This document shows, piece after piece, positions 24,626-32,059 of a stretch of DNA of 36,744 bases (positions within the stretch are counted from its first letter, which is position 1; the number at the start of each line of letters is the position of its first letter). The translations under genes were made by a program, and so were the position numbers. The stretch comes from Acidimicrobiales bacterium (GTDB taxonomy: Bacteria > Actinomycetota > Acidimicrobiia > Acidimicrobiales > VFJN01): NCBI GenBank assembly GCA_036558145.1, contig DATBGF010000393.1, forward strand, positions 1-36,744, written 5' to 3'. The notes below the pieces were generated by a model that did not search any database, was not told the origin of the DNA, and saw nothing but the letters and a program-made list of their open reading frames with translations.

Positions 24626-27339
24626 GCCGCCGCTCCCGCTCCGGCGGGGGTGGGCAGCCCCACCGGGCGCCAGCCGGCGAAGAGCCGGTGGTGCCGGTCC
24701 TTGAGGGCGAGCGCCGGCCGCTCCACCAGGTAGTACGAGACCGCGGCCGCGGCGACGCTCACGACCACGGTGAAGGCCAGCGCCTTGGGGAACGAGCCGG
24801 TGAAGAGCGGCACGTCGAACACGTCGCGGTAGATGTCCGTAACCCCTTCGTGCCAGAGGTAGATGCCGTAGGAGAGGACCCCCAGCGTCACCATCGGTCG
24901 GCTTCCCAGCCAGCGCAGGGACCGGGGAAGCGTCGCGCCTGCGAGCGCCACCGGCAAAACCAGGAAGAAGCCGACGCCCGCGTACAGCGCCTCCTTGACC
25001 ACGCCCTGGGTGGGCTCGGTGGCGCCGACCTGGAAGCCGAGGCCGAGCCGCGTCGACACCGCCCAGAAGCAGGCGGCCGCGCCCAGCCAGCACACCATCG
25101 GGTGGCGCCGCGGCCAGTCCAGGATGCGCAGCGGGGCATCGCGGCGGCGCGACCACTCGACCGCGACCGCCAGGGCCATGCCCGGCACGAACAGGTGGAA
25201 GTTGGCCGGCAGCCAGTGCAGCCGGGGATCGAACGTGCCCAGCGAGACGTCGTCGCCCGACAGGCTGTGCAGCCAGTAGCGCCACGTGAGCGCGGCGGCC
25301 GCGGCTCCGGCCAGGACGCCCAGCTCGACCGCCACCGCCCGCCGCGGCGCCATCCGCCGCAGCAGGTAGGCGGCCCCCGCGGCCCACAGCGGCAGCAGCA
25401 GGTAGAAGGCCACCTCGTTGGTCAGGGTCCAGGCCTGCTGGAGCCCACCCAGCGCGGTCGAGGCCGAGTAGCTCTGCAGCAGCCCGAAGTAGCGCACGAA
25501 GTCGCCGAGGCTCTGGAAGTCGTTGCGGTCGCGGGTGTCGAGCACCACGGCCAGCACGGTGAGCGCCAGCCAGTAGGCCGGGAAGATGCGCAGGAACCGG
25601 TTGCGCAGGTAGGCGCGGACGTCCGCCGGCGGGCGGCCGTCCATGCGGCGGGCCACGAACGGCCGGTAGAGCAGGAAGCCGGACAGCACGAAGAACACGG
25701 CCACGCCCACGTCGAGGCGGGCCCAGTACTCGCCGTTGGCGTCGCGCACGGTGAACCCGGTGTGCAGGGCCACGTGGGTGGCGAGCACGCCCAGCGCGGC
25801 GATGGCCCGCAGGCCGTCGAAGCCGGCGAAGCGGCCCGCCGACGACCCCAGGCCGCCCGGGGTCTCGGCCAGCGAGCCACCGGCCGCCGGCTCGCTCACC
25901 GCGCTGGCGGGGATGGGCTCGGGTGGGAACGGGGCCTCGGGCTCCTCCCGCCGGCGCTTCCGGTACGCGACCAGGGCCGCGTCGAGCGAGACCGCGGCCG
26001 GGAACATCAGCGCCAGCTCCGCGGGCAGGCGGAAGCGGGTGGTGCCGTAGATCACCGCCACGGTGATCACCACGGTCCCCACCACCGCGATCAGCGGGAA
26101 GATCGGCCGCCCGGCCCGCCGCAGGCCCACCAGCCCGAAGGCGGCGGCCACGGCGATGGCGTACCAGACGAACATGCCCGCCTGGCCCAGTGCCGGCTCC
26201 TTGGACTCGACCTGGTCGTCCAGGAAGATCTGGCCCTGGGGCTGGTAGACGCCGAACGTGCGCCCGATCCGGGCCGCCACCACGTAGGGGACCCGCTCGG
26301 CGTGGTCCCGCATGTACTGGCGGGCGATGCGGGCGAAGCCGCGCCCCTGGGCCGAGGCGTCGCCCTCGCCCACCAGGTGCTCGGTGTCCTGGATGCACGC
26401 CAGCGACCAGTAGCCCACCCGGTCCCCGTAGTAGACGCGGTCGCAGTTGGCCGTGCCCAGCGTCTGGTCGAACTGGGCCGACAGCGTGGTGGGCTTCTCG
26501 AAGCGCGCCATGTTGTAGCCCACCCACGGCCCGATCACGATCAGCGCGACGAGCCCGGCGGCGCCCAGCTGCAGGCCGTACGAGCGGAGCGGCTTGTGCT
26601 CGGGCCGCCGGTAGCGCCACCACAAGAGCGGGATGGCGATGGCCGGGCCGAGCAGGATGGCCTCCGAGCGCACCAGCGCGGCCACGCCGATGGCCGCCCC
26701 GAAGGCGATGGCCTCGCCGGTGCCGGCCCGGTCCCACCAGCGGTAGGCGGTGAGCAGCACGATCGCGGTCGTCGAGACGACCAGGGTCTCGGACAGCACC
26801 ATGGCGTCGAACAGGAAGATGTTGGGGCTCAGCGCCGTCATGACGGCCACGATCAGCCCGACCCGCTCGCCGCCGATGCGCCGCCCGGCCAGGCCCATGG
26901 CGACCACGCCGCCGACGCCCAGGAAGCACGACACCACCTGGTGCCAGAGGAACGAGCGCATCCCCAGCAGCGAGAACCCGGCCAGCACGGTCAGGTAGCC
27001 CGGCGGGTGGTCCGCGCCCGGCATGCGGACGCCTTCCAGCAGGAAGCGGAAGGGATGGACGTAGCCCTCGCCGTCGGCCAGCAGGTTGGCGCCGTGGTGG
27101 TAGTAGTACGGGTCGCCGATCACCGGCCAGGGGTTGCGCCAGCCGAACAGGTAGACCAGCCGCACGGCCAGCCCCGCCAGGGCGATGACGGCCAGCCAGA
27201 CCCCGAAGCGCCGCGGCCGGACGGGACCGTCCTCGGCGGCCGCGTCGCCGGCCGCGACCTCGTCAGCGGGCGCGCCGGCGGTGGGCACGCCGTCGGGCTC
27301 GGTGACCGTCGGAGTGGATGCTGTCTCGGTGGATGTCAT
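24622..27339 (-). CDS. Fusion protein: N-terminal PMT_2/ArnT-like GT-C glycosyltransferase plus C-terminal acyltransferase-3 (OafA/YrhL-type) domain
   Basis: Track ORF of 905 aa with no internal stop. Residues ~45-460 (..GDPYYYHHGANLLADGEGY...HPPGYLTVLAG..) look like GT39/83-type GT-C. Residues 461-503 are a Pro/Glu/Ala linker. Residues ~504-905 start FAGFDGLRAIAALGVLATHV and continue as a ~10-TM AT3 domain ending ..GIYLWH.... Confidence 0.8.
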   Translation of the reverse strand: MTSTETASTPTVTEPDGVPTAGAPADEVAAGDAAAEDGPVRPRRFGVWLAVIALAGLAVRLVYLFGWRNPWPVIGDPYYYHHGANLLADGEGYVHPFRFLLEGVRMPGADHPPGYLTVLAGFSLLGMRSFLWHQVVSCFLGVGGVVAMGLAGRRIGGERVGLIVAVMTALSPNIFLFDAMVLSETLVVSTTAIVLLTAYRWWDRAGTGEAIAFGAAIGVAALVRSEAILLGPAIAIPLLWWRYRRPEHKPLRSYGLQLGAAGLVALIVIGPWVGYNMARFEKPTTLSAQFDQTLGTANCDRVYYGDRVGYWSLACIQDTEHLVGEGDASAQGRGFARIARQYMRDHAERVPYVVAARIGRTFGVYQPQGQIFLDDQVESKEPALGQAGMFVWYAIAVAAAFGLVGLRRAGRPIFPLIAVVGTVVITVAVIYGTTRFRLPAELALMFPAAVSLDAALVAYRKRRREEPEAPFPPEPIPASAVSEPAAGGSLAETPGGLGSSAGRFAGFDGLRAIAALGVLATHVALHTGFTVRDANGEYWARLDVGVAVFFVLSGFLLYRPFVARRMDGRPPADVRAYLRNRFLRIFPAYWLALTVLAVVLDTRDRNDFQSLGDFVRYFGLLQSYSASTALGGLQQAWTLTNEVAFYLLLPLWAAGAAYLLRRMAPRRAVAVELGVLAGAAAAALTWRYWLHSLSGDDVSLGTFDPRLHWLPANFHLFVPGMALAVAVEWSRRRDAPLRILDWPRRHPMVCWLGAAACFWAVSTRLGLGFQVGATEPTQGVVKEALYAGVGFFLVLPVALAGATLPRSLRWLGSRPMVTLGVLSYGIYLWHEGVTDIYRDVFDVPLFTGSFPKALAFTVVVSVAAAAVSYYLVERPALALKDRHHRLFAGWRPVGLPTPAGAGAAA

Positions 27340-27448
27340 CGGCGGATGGCGCCGCCCCGCCCCCCTTCAGCCGGGCGGTCGGCCATCGCACGACCCTAGT
27401 AGGAGCGACTACGCACCCGATGATTTCTGGCCGGTAGGGTGACCTGCC

Positions 27449-28831
27449 GTGCTTGAGGCACTCCGTGACTGGGGGAGGCGAGTGCTGCCGCCCGTGCCGC
27501 CGCTGGACCGGCGCGCCCGCTGGTGGCTGGCCGGGATCATCGCCGTCGGGGCGATCCTGCGGCTGGTGTGGGCGTTCCAGGCCGAGGAACCGGTGGCCCT
27601 GCGGGACCCGCTCCTGTACCTGGTGCTGGGGGACCACATCGCCTCGGGCGACGGCTACAGCTACGGCTCGGGGATCGAGCAGGGCGCCACGGCCTACTAC
27701 CCGCCCGGCTACCCGGTGCTGCTGGGGGCGGTGGTCTGGGCGGTGCGGCTGCTCCCGGGCGACGTCACGACCTTCGGCGTGGCCATCGGCCTCAACGTCG
27801 TGCTGTCGGTGGCCACCATCGGGCTGGTCTTCGTGCTGGCCCGGCGCCTCGGCGGTCCCACCGTGGGCCTGGTGGCCGCGGGGATCTGGGCGCTGTGGCC
27901 CAACCTGATCTTCCACAGCGGCATCGTGCTGACCGAGACGCTGTTCCTCTTCCTCTTCGTGCTGCTGCTGATCGTGGCCCTGGGCCACCCGGGCGCGGCC
28001 CGGGCGCCGGGCGCCCGCCGGCTGGTGGCCATCGGGGTGCTGTTCGGGCTGTGCGTGCTGGTGCGGCCGGTCACGCTGGTGGCCGCGCCCGCGTTCCTGA
28101 TCCTCTGGTGGGGCCCGGCCGTGCGCACGGTCGTGTGGCGCTCGGCGGTGGCACTGGCGGCGGTCGTGGCCGTGATGCTGCCGTGGGCGATCCGCTCCAC
28201 GGTGGTGATGGACGCACCCGTGGCCCTGTCCCTCAACCTGGGCGACAACCTGTGCCTCGGCCACAACCCGGGTGCCACCGGCGGCTTCGTCGACCTGGCC
28301 GCCTACTGCTACACCGGCGAGGGCCTGCGCCGGCCCGAGTACGAGACCCGCCGCCAGTCGGAGAACATCTCCCGCGCCCTGCACTTCATCCGGGACAACC
28401 CGGGCACGACGCTGCGCCGCACCGTGAGCAAGGGCCGCATCACCCTGGAGAGCGACGCGGACGGGCTGGACGTGGCCGAGGACTTCGGCGAGCGGCCGAT
28501 CATGTCCGACGGCACCCGCTCGGCGCTGAAGCTGGCGGCCAACACCTTCTACGCGGCGGTGGTCGTGGCCGGGCTGGCGGGCGCCGTGCTGCTCGTCCGG
28601 CGGTCGGACCCGGCCCGCCGCGGCCTGTTCCTGGTGGTCGTGGGCGTGGCCCAGCTGCTGTCCCCGCTGGCGACGTTCGGCGACCCGCGCTTCAAGATGC
28701 CGATGTACCCGACGATCGCGGTGGCCGCGGCTGTGGCGCTGGTGGCCGCAGGCGAGTGGCTGCGAGGCCGGGGGAGCTCAGCTCCGGCGCGGGAGGATCG
28801 GGGCGTCCCGGCCGGTGCCGCCACCGGCTGA
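27449..28831 (+). CDS. PMT_2/ArnT-like GT-C glycosyltransferase (GT39/83-like)
   Basis: Track ORF of 460 aa. It has the RDPLLYLVLGDHIASGDGYSY....AYYPPGYPVLLG loop and multiple TM helices. The alternative start GTG 27482 is preceded by GGGGGAGG. TAGGGT lies 8 nt upstream of GTG 27449. Confidence 0.75.
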   Translation: MLEALRDWGRRVLPPVPPLDRRARWWLAGIIAVGAILRLVWAFQAEEPVALRDPLLYLVLGDHIASGDGYSYGSGIEQGATAYYPPGYPVLLGAVVWAVRLLPGDVTTFGVAIGLNVVLSVATIGLVFVLARRLGGPTVGLVAAGIWALWPNLIFHSGIVLTETLFLFLFVLLLIVALGHPGAARAPGARRLVAIGVLFGLCVLVRPVTLVAAPAFLILWWGPAVRTVVWRSAVALAAVVAVMLPWAIRSTVVMDAPVALSLNLGDNLCLGHNPGATGGFVDLAAYCYTGEGLRRPEYETRRQSENISRALHFIRDNPGTTLRRTVSKGRITLESDADGLDVAEDFGERPIMSDGTRSALKLAANTFYAAVVVAGLAGAVLLVRRSDPARRGLFLVVVGVAQLLSPLATFGDPRFKMPMYPTIAVAAAVALVAAGEWLRGRGSSAPAREDRGVPAGAATG

Positions 28832-30334
28832 GGCCGAGCCCGGGGTGACGGACCCGGCCGCCGCCTCCTCGTGGTACTCCTCCTCGACGTTGACGGCCCA
28901 GATGTCGTGGCCGGCCCCGGTGAGGATGTTCTCCACGGTCAGCATGGCCGTGTACATCGAGTGGTCCTGGTTGTTGTACCGGTGCATGCCGTTGCGCCCG
29001 ACCGGGTGGACGTTGGGGACGTTGGCCTCCAGCCAGCGCCGCAGCACCGCCACGTTCTCGGCGTAGTCCGGGTCGTAGACGGGATACGCCTTGGGCATGC
29101 GCACCACGTAGCCGGCCTCGACGTCGGACGCCTTGACCAGGCCCAGCTGCTCCAGCTCGGCCTTGCCCTTCTCGATGAGCTCCTCGTCGGCGGCGGTCCA
29201 CCACTCGTCGCCCTCGACCACCGTGTACTCGAGGCCGAGCACGTTGCGCCCGCTGTGGATCATGTAGGGCGACCACGACCCGAAGTTCTGGACCCGCATG
29301 GTCTTGACCTCGGGGGCGTGGATGTAGATCCAGTTGTCGGTCCACGGGACCTTGTCCTCGGGGACCACCAGCGCCACCGACAGGAAGTCGCGGAAGTAGA
29401 GCTCGTCGGCCGCCGCCTGCACCTCCGGCGGCACCGGCGGGTCCATCGCCTTGGCCAGCAGCGAGTAGGGCATCGACGAGATGACCTGGTCGGCCGGGTA
29501 CTCGGTGGTGACGCCGTCGGCCTCCGAGACCACCGCCACCGCCCGGCCGCCTTCGTGGCGGACCCGGGTCACGGGGGCATCCATGATCACCTTGGTGCCG
29601 GCCGCCTCGACCAGCTCCCGGCAACGCTCCCACATCATCCCCGGGCCGTACTTGGGGTATTGGAACTGCTCGATCAGGCTCGTGACCTGCTTGGACTTGT
29701 CCTGCCTCCGCCCCGCGAGGCGGGCGCGCACCGGCTCCCAGACCGCGTCCCACAGCGACATGCCCTTGATGCGCTGGGCGCCCCACTCGGCCGAGATCTC
29801 CGAGGTCGGGACCGCCCAGACCTTCTCGCTGTAGGTCTTGAAGAAGTGGCGGTAGAGCCGCCAGCCGTAGTTGGCGACCACGTAGTCCTCGAGGGAGCGG
29901 ATCTCCTTGGGGCGGCGCACCCGGATCCACAGGAAGGACAGGCCGCAGCGCACGGCCTCGACCGGGCCGAGCGCGAGCACCGCCTTGACCGGCTTGAGCG
30001 GGTAGTCGAAGAACTTGCCCTGGTAGTAGATGTGGCTGGCGCGGGGCCGGAGCATGAACTCGTCGTCGGCGAGCACCTCGTGCCAGAAGTCCTCCACCCG
30101 CTGGACCTTGGTGAAGAACCGGTGGCCGCCGATGTCGAAGCGCCAGCCGTCCCGCTGCACCGTGCGGGAGATGCCGCCCACCACCGAGTCCGATTCGAGC
30201 ACCGTGCTGGTCACGCCGGCCTTGCCGAGCTCGTGGGCCGCGGTCAGGCCGGCCGGCCCGGCGCCGATGACGACGACGCTGCCCGGACCGTCGGCCGTCG
30301 GCGTCGGCGCGGCGGGTGAGTTGGGTTCGCTCAC
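28778..30334 (-). CDS. FAD-dependent flavoprotein, UDP-galactopyranose-mutase-like
   Basis: Track ORF of 518 aa. Its GTG start is preceded by GAGGGAGAG. It has the Rossmann motif VVIGAGPAGLTAA..L......V.ESD..VGGISRT, an FFKTYSEKVWAVP block and a C-terminal VGRNGMHRYNNQDHS block. From memory these parallel the FFKGYT.KQWG and VGRLG.YRY.DMD blocks of Glf. Confidence 0.75.
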   Translation of the reverse strand: MSEPNSPAAPTPTADGPGSVVVIGAGPAGLTAAHELGKAGVTSTVLESDSVVGGISRTVQRDGWRFDIGGHRFFTKVQRVEDFWHEVLADDEFMLRPRASHIYYQGKFFDYPLKPVKAVLALGPVEAVRCGLSFLWIRVRRPKEIRSLEDYVVANYGWRLYRHFFKTYSEKVWAVPTSEISAEWGAQRIKGMSLWDAVWEPVRARLAGRRQDKSKQVTSLIEQFQYPKYGPGMMWERCRELVEAAGTKVIMDAPVTRVRHEGGRAVAVVSEADGVTTEYPADQVISSMPYSLLAKAMDPPVPPEVQAAADELYFRDFLSVALVVPEDKVPWTDNWIYIHAPEVKTMRVQNFGSWSPYMIHSGRNVLGLEYTVVEGDEWWTAADEELIEKGKAELEQLGLVKASDVEAGYVVRMPKAYPVYDPDYAENVAVLRRWLEANVPNVHPVGRNGMHRYNNQDHSMYTAMLTVENILTGAGHDIWAVNVEEEYHEEAAAGSVTPGSASAGGGTGRDAPILPRRS

Positions 30335-30482
30335 GGGGTCGCTCTCCCTCAGCGGTGCGGACGTGAACGAGCCACCTTACCGAAGGGGCGGCCGCGGCCC
30401 GCTACTCCGTCGGGTCGGCGCCGATCCGGCCCGGCCCAGGAATCGGCCCTGCGGGGTGGCGCGTTGCTAGCATCGCCCTTTC

Positions 30483-32042
30483 ATGCGCACGCTGGTCGAC
30501 GGAGGGGTCGACGACGAGTCCACCGCCGCCGACACCGATCGGTCGACGCGGTACGGATGGGTGGTTCCGGTCATCCTCGGGGCCATCGTGGCGCTGGGCG
30601 TGGCCCTGCGCTTCATCCAGCGCTCGCCCCTCTGGCTCGACGAGGCGCTGAGCGTCAACATCGCCAAGCTGCCGCCCGGCGACCTGCTCCAGGCCCTGCG
30701 CCACGACGGCCACCCGCCGCTCTACTACCTGCTCCTGCACTACTGGATGAGGCTGTTCGGCGAGGGCGACGTGGCGGTGCGGGCCCTGTCGGGGATCATC
30801 GCGGTGGCGTCGCTGCCCCTGGCCTGGGTGGCGGGGCGGGGCCTCGCCGGGCGCTCGGGCGGCCGCTGGGCGCTGATCGTGGTGGCGCTGTCGCCCTACT
30901 GGGTGCGCTACGGCACCGAGACCCGCATGTACTCGCTGGTGATGCTGCTGGTGCTGGCCGGCTACCTGCTGGTGCAGGACGCTCTGGTCAAGCCCACGGC
31001 GCCCCGGCTGGTGGGCATCGGCCTGGTGAGCGGCCTGCTGCTGCTCAGCCACTACTGGGCCTTCTACCTGCTGGCCGCGGTGGTGATGATCCTGGCGTTC
31101 CGCTGGTGGCGCGAGGCCGACGCCCGGGGGACCACCCTGCGGGTGGGTGCGGCCGTCGTGGCCGGCTCGATCCTGTTCGTGCCCTGGCTCGGCGGCTTCC
31201 TGTACCAGGCGGGCCACACGGGCACGCCCTGGGGCGAGCCGTTCCGGCCCACCGCCATCGTGCAGACGACCCTGCAGGACCTGGGCGGCGGCGAGCTCAC
31301 CGAGGCCGCGCTCTACGGCTCGATCGTGCTGGTCCTGGTGCTGGTGGCGCTGTTCGCCGTGCGCTCCGCGAACCACGAGATGGTGCTCGACCTGCGCACC
31401 TCGCCGATCGTGCGGGTCGAGCTGGCGCTCGTGACGCTGGTCATCGGCCTCGGCGCGGTGGCGAGCTACCTGACCCACGCCACCTACCAGAGCCGCTACG
31501 CGGCGGTGATCGTGCCGTTCGTGCTGCTGGCCGTGGCGGTGGGCATCACCCGGGTGCCGGGACTGGGCCGCCTGCTGGTCGGCATCGTGTACATCGGCTT
31601 CTCGCTGGCCGGCATCCTCTGGGTCAACTACTACCAGCGGACCCAGTCCGAGATCGTGGCCGGCGCGGTGGCGGCCCGGGCCCAGCCGGGCGACGTGGTC
31701 GTGTACTGCCCGGACCAGCTCGGCCCGGCCTACTCGCGGGAGATGCCCGACGGCCTCGTGGAGCTGAGCTACCCGGCGCTCACCTCGCCCGAGCGGGTCG
31801 ACTGGGTCGACTACGCGGAGCGGAACGCGGCCGCCGACCCGCACGAAATCGCCGCCGAGATCAACGAGCGGGCCGGCAACCATGCGGTGTTCGTGGTGTG
31901 GATGTCCGACTACCGCACCTTCGGCTCGCAGTGCGAGCAGCTCCTGAGCGAGCTGGGCATGGTCGAGCCCCTGGTGATCCAGGACAGCACGCGGTTCTTC
32001 GAGCCGGCCTTCGTGCACTGGCGGCCCGCTCAACCGGAATAA
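30483..32042 (+). CDS. PMT_2/ArnT-like GT-C glycosyltransferase with a C-terminal soluble domain
   Basis: Track ORF of 519 aa. The first-loop acidic motif is SPLWLDEALS, followed by DGHPPLYYLLLHYW, ~10 TM helices and a ~150-aa tail. Confidence 0.75.
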   Translation: MRTLVDGGVDDESTAADTDRSTRYGWVVPVILGAIVALGVALRFIQRSPLWLDEALSVNIAKLPPGDLLQALRHDGHPPLYYLLLHYWMRLFGEGDVAVRALSGIIAVASLPLAWVAGRGLAGRSGGRWALIVVALSPYWVRYGTETRMYSLVMLLVLAGYLLVQDALVKPTAPRLVGIGLVSGLLLLSHYWAFYLLAAVVMILAFRWWREADARGTTLRVGAAVVAGSILFVPWLGGFLYQAGHTGTPWGEPFRPTAIVQTTLQDLGGGELTEAALYGSIVLVLVLVALFAVRSANHEMVLDLRTSPIVRVELALVTLVIGLGAVASYLTHATYQSRYAAVIVPFVLLAVAVGITRVPGLGRLLVGIVYIGFSLAGILWVNYYQRTQSEIVAGAVAARAQPGDVVVYCPDQLGPAYSREMPDGLVELSYPALTSPERVDWVDYAERNAAADPHEIAAEINERAGNHAVFVVWMSDYRTFGSQCEQLLSELGMVEPLVIQDSTRFFEPAFVHWRPAQPE

Positions 32043-32058
32043 CCGATAACATCGGTTA
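32040..32058. promoter_or_regulatory. 19-bp perfect palindrome TAACCGAT-AAC-ATCGGTTA between the GT-C stop and the CGNR gene start. Either an operator or a U-tract-less terminator hairpin.
   Basis: Read directly. The 8-bp arms are 32040-32047 and 32051-32058. It begins in the TAA stop codon and ends 1 nt before GTG 32060. It is AT-rich relative to its surroundings. Confidence 0.4.
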
Positions 32059-32059
32059 G

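Noticed and set aside
22958-27399. Plus-strand ORFs 22958..24733 (591 aa) and 24688..27399 (903 aa), and minus-strand off-frame ORFs 22908..24527 and 27263..28384
   Set aside because: They are antisense or off-frame to polytopic membrane-protein genes. Their translations are highly charged low-complexity (runs of R, G, D, H, Q) with no recognisable domains.
30402-32059. ORFs 30402..32033 (-) and 30464..32059 (+), competing with the GT-C gene 30483..32042
   Set aside because: Only the 30483 frame gives regular TM helices and the LWLDEA / HPPLYY GT-C loop motifs. The others are Arg/Gly/His/Pro-rich.
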